DNA of 64,000 nt from an uncultured Prochlorococcus sp. (lineage in GTDB: Bacteria > Cyanobacteriota > Cyanobacteriia > PCC-6307 > Cyanobiaceae): positions 4,630 through 68,629 of the forward strand of contig CACFCB010000004.1 of assembly GCA_902564695.1 (NCBI GenBank), in the 5' to 3' direction. The first letter of the stretch is position 1. Each line of letters starts with the position of its first letter. The notes under the pieces were generated by a model, which was not told where the DNA came from, did not search any database, and saw only the letters and a list, made by a program, of their open reading frames with translations. Below, piece by piece: positions 9,287-20,949 of this stretch. Position numbers and translations under genes: made by a program.

Positions 9287-9403
9287 TCAGCCCTGACGTT
9301 GTTTGTTACGAGGCCTTTTCTTGTTGATCACATAGATTCGGCCTCTTCGCCTCACGATTTGATCGTCAGGACTAATTTTTTTGACTGAAGATCTAACCTT
9401 CAT
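9287..9403 (-). CDS. rpmJ: 50S ribosomal protein L36, Zn-ribbon-free form (not in the ORF track)
   Basis: Manual translation [38 protein letters not shown], at the canonical position between adk and rpsM. Confidence 0.95.
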
Positions 9404-9447
9404 TTGGTGAGATTCTCCTATTTCCAAACTATAACTTTACTACATCG

Positions 9448-9996
9448 TCAGCCTAAAGCTTTCTCAATACATGAAAACACAACATCAATTTCAGAATCAC
9501 CATCGATTCCTTTTAGAATTCCTTCTTTACTATATAAATCTATAAGAGGAGCAGTTTTTTCTCTGTAGATTTTGAGTCGATTAATTATTACTTCTTTATT
9601 GTCATCTTCTCTTCCTCTTGCTAGCAGCCTTTTAATTAAATAATCATCAGAAACTTTTATTGATATTACCGCCTCTAAAGGTTGATTGATTTTTTCTAAA
9701 AGAATTTTTAGCGAATTTGCTTGTTTTATATTCCTTGGGAACCCGTCTAACAACCAACCTTTTTCAATATTCAACAATCTTCCCTCAACAATTGAGAGAA
9801 CTAATTCATCACTTACTAATTCTCCTTTATTCATTATTTCAGCGGCCTTTAGACCCAATTCAGATCCAGAAGAAACCTCATCTCGAAGCAAATCACCAGT
9901 AGAAAGGTGATCTAAACCATATTTATTACAATAAATTTTTGCTTGAGTACCTTTCCCCGCTCCAGGCGGGCCAAGAAAAAGTAATTTGTTTTTCAT
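9448..9996 (-). CDS. adk: Adenylate kinase (short type)
   Basis: GPPGAGKGTQ, STGDLLR, LLDGFPRN. Confidence 0.97.
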   Translation of the reverse strand: MKNKLLFLGPPGAGKGTQAKIYCNKYGLDHLSTGDLLRDEVSSGSELGLKAAEIMNKGELVSDELVLSIVEGRLLNIEKGWLLDGFPRNIKQANSLKILLEKINQPLEAVISIKVSDDYLIKRLLARGREDDNKEVIINRLKIYREKTAPLIDLYSKEGILKGIDGDSEIDVVFSCIEKALG

Positions 9997-10018
9997 TTAG
10001 AAAAGCATAGTAAGAGTT

Positions 10019-11338
10019 TTATTGACGAACTAATCCTTCATATCTTTGAGAAATCACATAAGTCTGAACTTGCTTCGATGTATCAATTGCAACTCCTACC
10101 AAAATCAATAATGAAGTTGCACCAAGCCCCTGAAAAGTTTGAACATTGGTTGCTCTCTCTACTGCAGCTGGGACAATAGCTACTGACCCCAGGAATAATC
10201 CACCAAGTAAAGTCAAACGATTTTGAACACCAGAAAGATATGAAGAAGTAGAACTTCCAGGCCTAACTCCTGGAATTGCAACACCACCTTTTTTCAAATT
10301 AGACGCAATATCTATTGGATTAATTGTCAAAGAAGCATAAAAATATGCAAATCCTAATATCAATGCAAAAAATGTTATTGCGTATGGCCATGGGTTAGAT
10401 GAGCCTGGATTAAGTGAACTTGCAGCCTTTATTAATAATGGGTTTTGAGTGAAATTGGCAATCGTTATTGGAAGAAAAATCAATGCTGAGGCAAAAATTA
10501 TAGGCATCACTCCTCCTGCATTTAACTTAAGAGGTAGATAACTTTGCCTGCTTGGTAAAAGGGCTGTACCTCCCATTTGGCTTTTAGCACTAACTATTGG
10601 AATTCTCCTGGCTCCTTCTTGAACAAAAATAATACCTACAATGGTAATTAAAAAAACCATCAAGAGAATTATTATCCCAAGCACATCTGAACGATCTCCA
10701 GTCTGAGCTTTTTCAATCGTAGAGCTTAGTGCCTTCGGCAAAGTAGCGACAATATTTAAAAAAATAACTAAAGAAGCTCCTTGGCCTATACCTTTTTCAG
10801 TAATAATCTCACTCAGCCACATAACTATCATTGATCCTGTAACCAAAGCAAGAGAGGTTTGAATCACAAATTCAGTTTCACCAAGACCTTCTACTGCATA
10901 TTGTCTAAGAATTAAAGCAAAAACTGTACTTTGAACTAATCCCCAACCCAAAGCTACATATCTAGTTATTTGAGCAATCTTCCTTCTTCCTGCCTCCCCT
11001 TCATTTTTCTGTAAATCTTCTAATTGGGGTAAAGATGCAGTAAGCAACTGAATAATTATTGAAGCGTTAATAAATGGAAGTATTCCAAGCGCAAAAATAC
11101 CCAAAGTTGAAATACCACCACCTGTGAAAATATCAAGAAAACCAATAAGTTGACCTCCCTGATCAATGAAGGTCTTAAAAGCCTCTCTATCTATTCCAGG
11201 CATAGGAACATAAATTCCCAGTCGAACAATCAATAATAATCCAAGAGTTGTGGTCACTCTTCCCCTAAGCTCCTCGTTCCTGAAAAGCTGGGTAATTACT
11301 TCACCTGCACTTGGATTACGGCCTCGGCTTATTAACAT
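10019..11338 (-). CDS. secY: Preprotein translocase SecY
   Basis: Multi-TM protein; IFALGILPFINASII, AGGVMPIIFAS, IPGVRPG. Confidence 0.98.
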   Translation of the reverse strand: MLISRGRNPSAGEVITQLFRNEELRGRVTTTLGLLLIVRLGIYVPMPGIDREAFKTFIDQGGQLIGFLDIFTGGGISTLGIFALGILPFINASIIIQLLTASLPQLEDLQKNEGEAGRRKIAQITRYVALGWGLVQSTVFALILRQYAVEGLGETEFVIQTSLALVTGSMIVMWLSEIITEKGIGQGASLVIFLNIVATLPKALSSTIEKAQTGDRSDVLGIIILLMVFLITIVGIIFVQEGARRIPIVSAKSQMGGTALLPSRQSYLPLKLNAGGVMPIIFASALIFLPITIANFTQNPLLIKAASSLNPGSSNPWPYAITFFALILGFAYFYASLTINPIDIASNLKKGGVAIPGVRPGSSTSSYLSGVQNRLTLLGGLFLGSVAIVPAAVERATNVQTFQGLGATSLLILVGVAIDTSKQVQTYVISQRYEGLVRQ

Positions 11339-11397
11339 TTAGTGATAATAATTTATTTGGAACTAATAAATACAATTAATTTCTTTTGAGATAATAA

Positions 11398-11850
11398 TTA
11401 ATTGTATACTTCACAGGTTCCTCCTGCTTCTTCAATTTTCTTTTTAGCAGATGTTGTAAAAGCCGCAGCTTGGACTTTTAATTTAACTTCTAATTTGCCA
11501 TTACCAAGAATTTTTAGAGGATTTTTGGGTTTAGTGAGAATCCCTTCCTTCACCAAAGAATCAAGATTTACAACTGTTCCTTCTTTCAATGAATTCAAAT
11601 TAGAAACATTTAAAACAGTAAAACTTTTTTGGTTAACTATTGGAAAATGCTTCAACTTGGGAACCCTTCTGTATAAAGGCATCTGACCACCTTCAAAACC
11701 TGGCCTAGTAGGTCTTCCTGACCGAGATTTTTGTCCCCTCATCCCAAAACCACAACTCGCACCCTGACCAGCTGCTATGCCGCGACCTTTACGCATTTTT
11801 TTACGTCTAGATCCTTTATTTGCCTGAAGGGAGTCCAATTTGATAGCCAT
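11398..11850 (-). CDS. rplO: 50S ribosomal protein L15
   Basis: [24 protein letters not shown]. Confidence 0.98.
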   Translation of the reverse strand: MAIKLDSLQANKGSRRKKMRKGRGIAAGQGASCGFGMRGQKSRSGRPTRPGFEGGQMPLYRRVPKLKHFPIVNQKSFTVLNVSNLNSLKEGTVVNLDSLVKEGILTKPKNPLKILGNGKLEVKLKVQAAAFTTSAKKKIEEAGGTCEVYN

Positions 11851-11855
11851 AATTT

Positions 11856-12482
11856 TTAAGAGTAAATCTGCTCAAGTGAAATACCACGCTCTTTAGCTGT
11901 GGCTTTATGAGTTCGTAACTCACTTAATGCAACCATTGCCGCCCGTGCGTTATTAAGAGGTGTTTTACTTCCTAATCTCTTAGCAAGTACATTTTTGATT
12001 CCGGCTAGTTCTAAAACAGTGCGAATTGAACCACCTGCGATTACGCCTGTTCCAGGAGCTGCTGGACGTATTAATACACTAGCTGCCCCATCTCTTCCAT
12101 TAGAGAGAGTTGGAATAGAGCTATTTCGAGTTAATGGAACACGGACAAGATGTTTTTTGCCATCTGCCACCCCTTTTCGTACAGCACCAATTACATCTCC
12201 TGCTTTCCCTACACCAACACCAACCTGACCTTTTTCATTACCTACTACTACTATCGCTCTAAAACTCATCTTCTTTCCACCCTTAACAGTTTTTGAGACT
12301 CTTCTTATCTGAACAACACGTTCTTGCCACTCAGAGTCCCTTTCTTGCCCCCTTCTATCTCTTCTACCACCTCGCTTATCTCCTTTGCTTCGACGGTTTT
12401 CTTGTCTTCCGTCTGCGGCTGGAGTGCCATCTGATGATCCAGAGGATCTTTTATTTTGTGACTGGTTTTTAGAATCTGTCAT
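11856..12482 (-). CDS. rpsE: 30S ribosomal protein S5
   Basis: [22 protein letters not shown]. Confidence 0.98.
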   Translation of the reverse strand: MTDSKNQSQNKRSSGSSDGTPAADGRQENRRSKGDKRGGRRDRRGQERDSEWQERVVQIRRVSKTVKGGKKMSFRAIVVVGNEKGQVGVGVGKAGDVIGAVRKGVADGKKHLVRVPLTRNSSIPTLSNGRDGAASVLIRPAAPGTGVIAGGSIRTVLELAGIKNVLAKRLGSKTPLNNARAAMVALSELRTHKATAKERGISLEQIYS

Positions 12483-12496
12483 TATAAAAGCAAAGA

Positions 12497-12865
12497 TTAA
12501 AAGTTCAAGCCTGCAACTCTGGCAGCTTCGGCTAGAGCTTTAACCCTGCCATGATAGATGTTTCCACCTCTGTCAAAGATAACTTGTTTGATGCCTTTTG
12601 ATAAAGCTTTTTTAGCAACAAGTTCTCCGACTGCAGTAGAAGCATCGCAGCTCCCAGCATTCACTTTCAAAGATGCTTTTAATTCTTTATCAAGAGTTGA
12701 TGCAGCACATATAGTGTTTTGAGCATCATCATCAATTATTTGGGCATAGATGTGGTTATTAGAACGAAAAACAGCAAGTCTTGGTCTTGCTTCTGTACCA
12801 CTCAAGTGCCTTCTCAAACGTTTATGACGTTTTTGGGTCTGTTGCTTTCTAGATAGTTTCGTCAT
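12497..12865 (-). CDS. rplR: 50S ribosomal protein L18
   Basis: [26 protein letters not shown]. Confidence 0.98.
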   Translation of the reverse strand: MTKLSRKQQTQKRHKRLRRHLSGTEARPRLAVFRSNNHIYAQIIDDDAQNTICAASTLDKELKASLKVNAGSCDASTAVGELVAKKALSKGIKQVIFDRGGNIYHGRVKALAEAARVAGLNF

Positions 12866-12898
12866 GACTTGAAAAATTAAATAAACAAATGAATAAGA

Positions 12899-13438
12899 TT
12901 AAGCTTTGCCAGATTTACCAGCTTTTCTAATTATCTGTTCTCCTTCATATTTGATTCCTTTACCTTTATAAGGTTCTGGGGGCCTTATTGCTCTTATTTT
13001 TGCAGCTTCATTACCGACTAGTTCTTTATCAGCCCCAGTTACAATCACATTTGTATTATTTTCAACTTTAAAAGTGATGCCATCTGGCGGAACAACCTCC
13101 ACTGGATGACTATAACCGGCACTCACAACAAGTGTTTTGCCTTTTACTTGAGCTCTAGAACCAACGCCAACAATCTCAAGTTTTTTTGTAAAGCCATTAC
13201 TAACTCCCTCAACCATATTTGCTACTAGAGATCTACATAATCCATGCATTTCTCTAGCCTTTCTCTTGTCGTTAAGAGGTGTAACCACAATGGAGTTTTC
13301 ATTTTTACTGAGACTCACCCCATCAGGGAGTGTTCGACTCAATTGACCTTTAGGACCTTTTACCGTGATAGATAATCCTTCAACTTTTACATCTACCTTT
13401 TCAGGAAGGGAGATTGGTTTTTTTCCAGTACGAGACAT
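12899..13438 (-). CDS. rplF: 50S ribosomal protein L6
   Basis: [20 protein letters not shown]. Confidence 0.98.
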   Translation of the reverse strand: MSRTGKKPISLPEKVDVKVEGLSITVKGPKGQLSRTLPDGVSLSKNENSIVVTPLNDKRKAREMHGLCRSLVANMVEGVSNGFTKKLEIVGVGSRAQVKGKTLVVSAGYSHPVEVVPPDGITFKVENNTNVIVTGADKELVGNEAAKIRAIRPPEPYKGKGIKYEGEQIIRKAGKSGKA

Positions 13439-13455
13439 AATAGATACCTAATCAA

Positions 13456-13857
13456 TCAACAGACGTAGCAGAGGACTTCTCCTCCCACACCTTGCTTACG
13501 AGCATCACGATCACTCATGACTCCCTTTGAAGTAGAAATTATTGCTACTCCAAGGCCTCCTAAAACTTTTGGTAAACCTCGAGTATTTTTATAAATCCTC
13601 AACCCAGGTTTACTCACCCGCTGCATTGAACGAATAATAGGTGAGCGATGCTTTCCGGTATATTTCAATCCAAGAACGAGTTGCTTTCGAAAGCCTTCTC
13701 CTTCTTCATTGATTTCTGCAATGAATCCCTCCCTCTGAAGAACCTTAGCAATACTAAGAGACATTCTTGAGGCAGGTACTTTGGTTTTTTCGTGACGTTT
13801 TTCACTTGCATTTCGTATGCGAGTGAGCATGTCTGAAATTGGATCGTGGTTGGCCAT
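13456..13857 (-). CDS. rpsH: 30S ribosomal protein S8
   Basis: [29 protein letters not shown]. Confidence 0.98.
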   Translation of the reverse strand: MANHDPISDMLTRIRNASEKRHEKTKVPASRMSLSIAKVLQREGFIAEINEEGEGFRKQLVLGLKYTGKHRSPIIRSMQRVSKPGLRIYKNTRGLPKVLGGLGVAIISTSKGVMSDRDARKQGVGGEVLCYVC

Positions 13858-13876
13858 AGTATTTAGCTAATCAAAC

Positions 13877-14416
13877 TCATTTTTTACGGAAAGGCATTCC
13901 CATCTCACTAAGGAGAGCCTTACCTTGTTCGTCAGAGGTTGCACTTGTCACAATCGTGATGTCCATACCTCTAATAGTGTCGACTTTGTCAAAAGTAATT
14001 TCAGGGAAGATAAGCTGTTCTTTGACTCCTATGGTGTAGTTTCCACGACCATCAAAGCTTTTTGGACTCACACCTCGAAAATCTCTGATTCTAGGTAAAG
14101 CTAAATTAATAAACCTTTCCAAGAATGCATACATACGATCACCTCTGAGTGTGACTGCACAGCCTATTGGCATCCCCTGTCTGATCTTAAAAGTCGCGAT
14201 TGCTTTCTTAGCCCTTGTTACGAGCGCTTTCTGCCCAGAAATTGTTGCCATCTCAGCTAAAGAAGCTTCTAGAGACTTTGAATTTTGAGCAGCTTCACCA
14301 AGTCCTCTGTTTAAAGTGACTTTTTGCACTTTAGGTACTTGATGAATATTTTTTAGACCAAGATCTTTTAAAAGTTTTGGTCGGATTGTCTCTCGATAGC
14401 GAGTTTTTAGTGACAT
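13877..14416 (-). CDS. rplE: 50S ribosomal protein L5
   Basis: [24 protein letters not shown]. Confidence 0.98.
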   Translation of the reverse strand: MSLKTRYRETIRPKLLKDLGLKNIHQVPKVQKVTLNRGLGEAAQNSKSLEASLAEMATISGQKALVTRAKKAIATFKIRQGMPIGCAVTLRGDRMYAFLERFINLALPRIRDFRGVSPKSFDGRGNYTIGVKEQLIFPEITFDKVDTIRGMDITIVTSATSDEQGKALLSEMGMPFRKK

Positions 14417-14509
14417 GGCTTAAAAAAAATTAATTCTGGTCTTGGTCAGAATTGAATGGGGAAAAGGAAGACTGTTTTAGTTAATTCAGACAGAGAATTA
14501 GTGAAGTAA

Positions 14510-14866
14510 TTAATCAATTAATTCACCTGTCTTCTTTAATCGTCGTTTCTTTGACCCATCTTTATCTACGAAAATTTCAACCTTACTAGCCACTTTTTCT
14601 TTTGTTGAATAGATCATTACATTTGATGCATGCAATGATTTTTCTTCTGTGACTATTCGGCCAGTTTCGCCTTCTTGTGTTGGTTTTACATGCTTTGTAA
14701 TTTGATTAATTCCTTTTACAACAACTCGATTTTCATAAGGCAGTGTTTGAAGAACTTCTCCAGTTTTCCCCTTATCCTTACCAGAAATAATCTGAACGGT
14801 ATCTCCTTTATGAATCTTCATTTTGATCCGATCAGAAGAAACTTTATTTTTGTTAATTGCTGTCAT
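14510..14866 (-). CDS. rplX: 50S ribosomal protein L24
   Basis: [17 protein letters not shown] (KOW motif), LHASNV. Confidence 0.97.
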   Translation of the reverse strand: MTAINKNKVSSDRIKMKIHKGDTVQIISGKDKGKTGEVLQTLPYENRVVVKGINQITKHVKPTQEGETGRIVTEEKSLHASNVMIYSTKEKVASKVEIFVDKDGSKKRRLKKTGELID

Positions 14867-14868
14867 GA

Positions 14869-15234
14869 CTAAATAACCTCCGGAGCCAAAGAGACGATCT
14901 TAGTGAAATTTCGCTCTCTTAATTCACGCGCAACAGGACCAAATACCCTTGTCCCTCTTGGATTTTGATCATCATTGATAAGAACAGCAGCATTGTCATC
15001 AAAACGAATTGAATTTCCAGTCTCTCGTCGCATTGTTGCTTTAGTACGAACTACAACTGCTTTGACAACATCTGATTTTTTTACTCCCATATTTGGCATT
15101 GCATCTTTAACAGAGGCAACAATTACATCTCCTACATGGGCATAACGACGATTAGACCCCAAAACCCTGATACATTGCAATCGCTTGGCCCCACTGTTAT
15201 CGGCAACAGTCAGGAATGTCTCTTGCTGAATCAT
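14869..15234 (-). CDS. rplN: 50S ribosomal protein L14
   Basis: [23 protein letters not shown]. Confidence 0.98.
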   Translation of the reverse strand: MIQQETFLTVADNSGAKRLQCIRVLGSNRRYAHVGDVIVASVKDAMPNMGVKKSDVVKAVVVRTKATMRRETGNSIRFDDNAAVLINDDQNPRGTRVFGPVARELRERNFTKIVSLAPEVI

Positions 15235-15497
15235 TTTGCTGCCTCCTTGGATTTCATTCCCTGAATAAGAACCTCAGAAACAGTCCATCGCTTATGAGCA
15301 CTGATTGGACGAGACTCTGTAATTCTGACTCGATCTCCCACTTTGCAATGGTTATCTGCATCGTGAGCCTTATATCGAGTAGTACGACTAATAATTTTTT
15401 GGTAGATCGGGTGTGGAAATCGATTTTCCACTGCTACAACTACTGTTTTTTGCATTTTGTCACTGACAACAGTGCCTACCATTTCCTTGAGTGCCAT
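15231..15497 (-). CDS. rpsQ: 30S ribosomal protein S17
   Basis: [25 protein letters not shown]; start MALKE at 15497. Confidence 0.97.
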   Translation of the reverse strand: MALKEMVGTVVSDKMQKTVVVAVENRFPHPIYQKIISRTTRYKAHDADNHCKVGDRVRITESRPISAHKRWTVSEVLIQGMKSKEAAK

Positions 15498-15507
15498 AAC
15501 TAAAAAA

Positions 15508-15720
15508 TCAAGATGATGTATTTGAGCGGTTTCGCTCATTAGAAACCGTTAAAAGTTGAGCTAACTCGATCCTTGCTTCTTTAAAACGGTGGGTTTTAGT
15601 GAGCTGCCTAGTTGCTTGCTTAAAACGAAGATCAAAAAGTTCCTTGCGAAGATGTTCAATCTTTTCTGATATCTCAGCATCAGATAGATTGCGAATCTCT
15701 TTCGTGGTTGTTTTGCTCAT
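15508..15720 (-). CDS. rpmC: 50S ribosomal protein L29
   Basis: [14 protein letters not shown], plus operon position. Confidence 0.96.
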   Translation of the reverse strand: MSKTTTKEIRNLSDAEISEKIEHLRKELFDLRFKQATRQLTKTHRFKEARIELAQLLTVSNERNRSNTSS

Positions 15721-15722
15721 AA

Positions 15723-16202
15723 TCATTTCTCCACGGTGACTGCTTTAGCAGATGGGTCAGCAGAATTAATCTTTTTCTGGCGTGATTCTGGCTCCAGTGA
15801 AATAAATTTTGTTTTAACTGGAAGCTTGTATTGAGCAAGACGCATTGCCTCTTTTGCAATTTCCTCTGTAATTTCATCTCCACCCATTTCAAATAAGATT
15901 CGACCAGGTTTGACAACTGCAACCCAAAATTCAGGATTACCTTTACCAGATCCCATTCTTGTTTCAGCGGGTCTCATAGTTACTGGCTTATCAGGGAAAA
16001 TTCTAATCCAAATTTGTCCTCCCCTTTTGACATAACGAGTCATTGCTCTTCGACTCGCCTCTATTTGCCTTGAAGTAACCCAACCACAATCTTGAGCCTG
16101 CAATGCAAACTGACCAAAAGCGATTTTATTACCTCTGGTAGCGACGCCGCGCATGCGACCTCTTTGTTGTTTCCGAAATTTGGTTCTTTTGGGACTAAGC
16201 AT
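15723..16202 (-). CDS. rplP: 50S ribosomal protein L16
   Basis: [18 protein letters not shown]. Confidence 0.98.
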   Translation of the reverse strand: MLSPKRTKFRKQQRGRMRGVATRGNKIAFGQFALQAQDCGWVTSRQIEASRRAMTRYVKRGGQIWIRIFPDKPVTMRPAETRMGSGKGNPEFWVAVVKPGRILFEMGGDEITEEIAKEAMRLAQYKLPVKTKFISLEPESRQKKINSADPSAKAVTVEK

Positions 16203-16215
16203 GATTTAAGACTCC

Positions 16216-16950
16216 TTATTTAGCTTCATTGGAACGATCCTCAAATTGTTGAGGTCTTCGAGTCCCCCTATTTCGTCTAGGAGTACCAGCGACAGGTAAT
16301 GGCTGTTCTTCTTTGGGAAGAACTTCACCTTTGAAAACCCATACTTTGATACCTAAAACACCATAGGTTGTGGACGCCACTTTGGTTGCATAATCAATTT
16401 CAGCTCTCAAAGTATGAAGTGGCACTCTTCCTTCACGAGTCCATTCAGATCTCGCAATTTCAGCTCCATTCAATCTACCTCCAACCTGGATCTTAAGACC
16501 TAAGACGCCAGCTCTCTGAGCTCTTTGCACAGCCATACGAATTGTGCGTCTAAATGCAACACGTTTTTCTAATTGCTGAGCAATATACTCTGCAAGAAGA
16601 TAAGCATCAGCATCAACTTTTTCAACTTCAACAACATTTATACGTACTTGTCTATTTCTATCTCCAATTGTCTTTTGAATACCTGATCTAAGCTCTTCAA
16701 TTCCACTTCCTTGCCTACCAACAATGACTCCTGGTCGAGCAGTTTTTAATTCAACTTCAAGTTGATCTGCTTTACGAGCAATTAACACATCACTGATGCC
16801 TGCAGGGCCATACTTTTTTTTGATAAAAGTACGTATCCGGTCATCTTCTTGAAGTAATAAAGGATAAGTTTTGCTTGGTGCATACCATTTAGAACGATGC
16901 TCTTGGGTGATCCCGAGCCTAATTCCAGTGGGGTGAATTTTATGTCCCAT
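16216..16950 (-). CDS. rpsC: 30S ribosomal protein S3
   Basis: [27 protein letters not shown]. Confidence 0.98.
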   Translation of the reverse strand: MGHKIHPTGIRLGITQEHRSKWYAPSKTYPLLLQEDDRIRTFIKKKYGPAGISDVLIARKADQLEVELKTARPGVIVGRQGSGIEELRSGIQKTIGDRNRQVRINVVEVEKVDADAYLLAEYIAQQLEKRVAFRRTIRMAVQRAQRAGVLGLKIQVGGRLNGAEIARSEWTREGRVPLHTLRAEIDYATKVASTTYGVLGIKVWVFKGEVLPKEEQPLPVAGTPRRNRGTRRPQQFEDRSNEAK

Positions 16951-17330
16951 CAGTCTGAATCCTCAGAATTAGTTGATTTATTAGCAGAAACAGCAATGCT
17001 GATGTGGCAAGTCTGTTTTTTTATAGCAAAAGCTCTACCTTGAGCTCTAGGGCGATAGCGCTTCATTGGGGGACCCATATCAGCCGTAGCCAAGGTAATA
17101 ATCAAAGCAGAAGGATCAAGACCAAGATTATGTTCAGCATTAGCAACTGCTGATCGCAAAACCTTTGTTATTGGCTCAGTTGATCTATAAGGCATAAACT
17201 CAAGCATGATTAATGCATCTCTATAAGTCCGTCCTCTTATTTGATCAAGAACACGTCTTACTTTTGAAGCAGATCCACGTATATAACGCCCATGTGCTTG
17301 AGCTTCAGTTTTAGTTGATGAAGTAGTCAT
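16950..17330 (-). CDS. rplV: 50S ribosomal protein L22
   Basis: [17 protein letters not shown]. Confidence 0.98.
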   Translation of the reverse strand: MTTSSTKTEAQAHGRYIRGSASKVRRVLDQIRGRTYRDALIMLEFMPYRSTEPITKVLRSAVANAEHNLGLDPSALIITLATADMGPPMKRYRPRAQGRAFAIKKQTCHISIAVSANKSTNSEDSD

Positions 17331-17332
17331 GT

Positions 17333-17608
17333 TTAACGTGCTCCTTTTTTATCTCTAATGTGACCTTTATAAGTTCGAGTTGGAGCAAACTCACCCAACT
17401 TATGGCCAACCATTTGCTCTGTTATAAAAACAGGAATGTGACTCTTGCCATTATGAACAGCAATTGTATGGCCAATCATAATTGGCAAGATAGTTGATGC
17501 TCTGGACCATGTTTTAATGACAGTTTTATCTTCATTAGAGTTTTGCTTCTCGATTTTTCGAAGCAAACTGTCTGAAATAAAAGGCCCTTTTTTAAGTGAA
17601 CGTCCCAT
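17333..17608 (-). CDS. rpsS: 30S ribosomal protein S19
   Basis: [19 protein letters not shown]. Confidence 0.98.
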   Translation of the reverse strand: MGRSLKKGPFISDSLLRKIEKQNSNEDKTVIKTWSRASTILPIMIGHTIAVHNGKSHIPVFITEQMVGHKLGEFAPTRTYKGHIRDKKGAR

Positions 17609-17643
17609 AAAGATTTAATAGAATTGATAAAGAGAGATAGAAA

Positions 17644-18507
17644 TCATGAATCGCGACCTCCTCTACTCCGTTTAGATACCTTGCGTCGTTTTCGAAGTAC
17701 GTACTGATTGCTGGGCTTGTTCTTCTTCCTGGTTTTCAAACCAAGTGCAGCTTTACCCCAAGGTGTTACTGGGCCAGCTCGACCAACTGGAGCCTTACCT
17801 TCTCCACCTCCATGTGGATGATCACATGGGTTCATAACACTTCCTCTAACTTGAGGTCGTCTTCCAAGCCATCTTCTTCTTCCTGCTTTTCCAAGACTAG
17901 TGTTTCTAATTTCAGAATTGCCTACTTCACCAAGAGTGGCATAGCATTCTTTTCTTACTAAACGGACCTCAGTTGAAGGTAATTTCAACGCAACATAATC
18001 TCCTTCTTTGGCCATAACTTGAGCACTAGCTCCTGCTGTCCTCACCATCTGTCCCCCTCGTCCGGGATACAACTCAACACAATGAACACTTGAGCCCAAA
18101 GGCATTGATGAAAGTGGTAAAGCATTTCCAGTTTCAATTGGCGCATCTGGACCAGAAATGACTTGTTGGCCAATACTTATTCCTGCAGGAGCAAGAATAT
18201 ATCTCTTCTCACCATCTGCATAAAAAAGAAGGGCAAGTCTTGCATTTCGATGAGGGTCATAATGAATTGCTGCAATCTTGGCCGAAATACCATGCTTGTT
18301 TCGTCGAAAATCAACAATCCTATATAGCCTTTTATGACCTCCGCCTCTATGTCGACAAGTTATAACTCCTCTATTGTTACGACCTTTCTTTCTGTGCTTG
18401 GATACAACAAGTGAGCGCTCAGGCTTACTAGAAGTAACTTCACTAAAGTCAGTAACTACTCTAGTACGAGTACCAGGAGTATAAGGTCTGAAACTTCTTA
18501 TTGCCAT
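17644..18507 (-). CDS. rplB: 50S ribosomal protein L2
   Basis: [22 protein letters not shown]; start MAIRS at 18507. Confidence 0.98.
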   Translation of the reverse strand: MAIRSFRPYTPGTRTRVVTDFSEVTSSKPERSLVVSKHRKKGRNNRGVITCRHRGGGHKRLYRIVDFRRNKHGISAKIAAIHYDPHRNARLALLFYADGEKRYILAPAGISIGQQVISGPDAPIETGNALPLSSMPLGSSVHCVELYPGRGGQMVRTAGASAQVMAKEGDYVALKLPSTEVRLVRKECYATLGEVGNSEIRNTSLGKAGRRRWLGRRPQVRGSVMNPCDHPHGGGEGKAPVGRAGPVTPWGKAALGLKTRKKNKPSNQYVLRKRRKVSKRSRGGRDS

Positions 18508-18511
18508 TGTT

Positions 18512-18823
18512 TTAACCCTCCTCCGATTCTGGGAATAACTGTATAGAGTTGCCTTCTGCAAGACGCACCACAGCTTTCTTTACTTGTGGTCTCTTACCAG
18601 AAAATCTACCAACCCTTCTGCTTTTTCTTGGAGGATTCATGGTACTAATACCAAGAACTTTTACCTCAAACATTTTTTCAATGGCAGCTTTTATATCTGG
18701 TTTAGCCGCTCTTGGATCAACTTCAAAAGTGTACTGATTTAAATCTAAAGCTTTAGTAGCTTTTTCTGTAATCAAAGGACGCTTGATTACATCAGTAAGT
18801 CTTTTATCAAAAAATTTAGTCAT
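18512..18823 (-). CDS. rplW: 50S ribosomal protein L23
   Basis: PLITEKA, KKAVVRL; start MTKFF at 18823. Confidence 0.97.
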   Translation of the reverse strand: MTKFFDKRLTDVIKRPLITEKATKALDLNQYTFEVDPRAAKPDIKAAIEKMFEVKVLGISTMNPPRKSRRVGRFSGKRPQVKKAVVRLAEGNSIQLFPESEEG

Positions 18824-19451
18824 TGCCATACACCTCCTTAATTGTTGATAATGCGTCTTCACCTATGACCAAATCATTGGCATTAAGAAGATCAAAAACA
18901 TTCAGCTGATCAGCTGAAATAAGTTTGATTCTCTCAAGGTTTCTAATTGAACGCTTGATGACCTCTGAAGGATTACTGAGAATAATTAAAATCTTGTTTT
19001 CTGAATCAAGTCCTAAGCGCTTTAACAAAGCAACGATTTCGCTCGTTTTAGGAACTTCAAGATTTGTTCCAAAGTCTTTAATTATTTTAGAGTCAGAAAT
19101 TCTACTCATAAGAGCAGTTCTAAGAGCTAATCGGCGTTCCTTTCTATTCATTGCCAAGTTATATGTACGAGGCTTAGGACCAAATACAATTCCACCTCCT
19201 GGACGGAGAGGGGTTCTAATTGAACCTTGTCTTGCCCTACCAGTACCTTTTTGTTTGTAAGGTTTACGCCCTCCTCCTCGCACTTCAGATCTGGTCAAAG
19301 TACTTGCAGTACCTTGACGGCTATGTGCCTGCTGACGCAAAACTGCACGATGTAATAGATCTACTGCTGAGGATTCCTTCGCAGTTTTGAGATCAATTGA
19401 TAATTCCCCAGATTTTTCACCTTGCCAATCAAGGACTGTACAGTTAGTCAT
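18816..19451 (-). CDS. rplD: 50S ribosomal protein L4
   Basis: [19 protein letters not shown]. Confidence 0.98.
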   Translation of the reverse strand: MTNCTVLDWQGEKSGELSIDLKTAKESSAVDLLHRAVLRQQAHSRQGTASTLTRSEVRGGGRKPYKQKGTGRARQGSIRTPLRPGGGIVFGPKPRTYNLAMNRKERRLALRTALMSRISDSKIIKDFGTNLEVPKTSEIVALLKRLGLDSENKILIILSNPSEVIKRSIRNLERIKLISADQLNVFDLLNANDLVIGEDALSTIKEVYGND

Positions 19452-20107
19452 CATTTACCTCCTTGATTGGTAGAGACGCCAACTCGTTTGGCAGGTCTAA
19501 TATTTAAAAGAGATCCTGGTTTCCCTGGAACAGATCCCTTAACTACTAATAAGTTTCGATCAATATCGATCTGGAGAATTTCTAGTCCTCTAGTAGTGAC
19601 TTTTTTACCACCATAACGACCTGCCATTCTTTTACCTGGATACACACGACCAGGGGTAGTTCCAGCTCCTGTTGATCCAGGTAATCGATGATTCTTTGAA
19701 CCGTGAGTCATAGGACCGCGACTAAATCCATGTCGCTTTTGATAACCTGCAAATCCTCTACCCATAGTGTCTCCACTAACATCAACCTTTTGACCTTTTT
19801 CGAAATCACCAACAGTTATTGAAGCTCCAAGTTCAAAGTCACTTGGATTCTCTACTCGATACTCTCGAAGATGGCGCAAAAAATCACTTCCTGACTTTGA
19901 AAGATGACCTTTCGCAGGCTTGTTAATAAGTTTTTCACGAATGGATTTAAAACCAATCTGTACAGAGGAATAGCCATCTGTATCAGAAGATTTTAATTGA
20001 GTTATTCGACAGGGACCCGCTTCGATCAAAGTGACTGGAACGGCTCTGCCTTGATCATCGAAGAGCTGGGACATCCCCAACTTCTTACCTAAGATTCCTA
20101 AAGACAT
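19451..20107 (-). CDS. rplC: 50S ribosomal protein L3
   Basis: [24 protein letters not shown]; start MSLG at 20107. Confidence 0.98.
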   Translation of the reverse strand: MSLGILGKKLGMSQLFDDQGRAVPVTLIEAGPCRITQLKSSDTDGYSSVQIGFKSIREKLINKPAKGHLSKSGSDFLRHLREYRVENPSDFELGASITVGDFEKGQKVDVSGDTMGRGFAGYQKRHGFSRGPMTHGSKNHRLPGSTGAGTTPGRVYPGKRMAGRYGGKKVTTRGLEILQIDIDRNLLVVKGSVPGKPGSLLNIRPAKRVGVSTNQGGK

Positions 20108-20472
20108 GAGTGAAATAAACGCCAGCTCTACTGTCAATCTTTAAAAAGAAAGACTTAAAATCTTAATTAAATCGCTTATCAAGCCAAAAAAGTTGAAATT
20201 AAATTCAATTTAGTTGGAAAAAGCTAGCGACAATTCAGATGGCTGAGACTTTTCTGAACTTTATGAAAATTCAAATAGTATCTCGACAAAAGAATAATGA
20301 ATTCCTCTGTACTGGCCCAATGACCAAACGCAAACGTCTAGTCTGCTCAAGTTTCTAGCGGCCCGGCTAGCGGTCGGGCATAGAAAAGCTTTAGCAACTT
20401 ATAAGATTACACTACTGTCGCCCATTTTGTGTGATGCTTCACTTGAATAAGACAAAGAATTTGTATTAAAGG

Positions 20473-20937
20473 ATGCCTCTATTACTTTCTGGTCAGAAAT
20501 TTCGCACTGATCTTGAATCCTTTGGATGTCTTGCCATCCTGACTCCGTTAGAAGGTGGAGCAGAAACTCGTTTACTGCGAAGACTTAGAGCTAATGGATA
20601 TCAAACACAAATAACTTCCGCTAGAGGATTAGGAGATCCTGTTGTCTTTCTTACAAAATTACATGGAATTAGGCCTCCACATTTGGGGCATCAAAACGTT
20701 GGCAGAAACGGGGCATTAGGAGAAGTACAACAGGTTATTCCTCAATTAAATGAATTGTTAGCAGGAGACAAACCATTGGTTCTTTGGCTATTAGAAGGTC
20801 AAGTATTATCCAAATCAGAACTTCTATCAATAAATAATCTTTGCCAAAAAGAATCACGAATAAAAATTGTTATTGAAATGGGAGGAGCTAGAAGTATTCA
20901 ATGGCAACCATTAAATGAATTTATTGCTAAAGATTAG
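20473..20937 (+). CDS. ndhN: NAD(P)H-quinone oxidoreductase (NDH-1) subunit N
   Basis: [35 protein letters not shown]. Confidence 0.93.
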   Translation: MPLLLSGQKFRTDLESFGCLAILTPLEGGAETRLLRRLRANGYQTQITSARGLGDPVVFLTKLHGIRPPHLGHQNVGRNGALGEVQQVIPQLNELLAGDKPLVLWLLEGQVLSKSELLSINNLCQKESRIKIVIEMGGARSIQWQPLNEFIAKD

Positions 20938-20949
20938 AACTTAATTAAA

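Noticed and set aside
4222-19260. Many short alternative-frame or antisense ORFs within prfA and the ribosomal cluster (e.g. 8745, 11402, 11995, 15680, 18925)
   Set aside because: They overlap well-established genes, mostly in full, and show no independent coding signal.
20108-20472. rpsJ missing upstream of rplC
   Set aside because: Normal for cyanobacteria, where rpsJ follows tufA.
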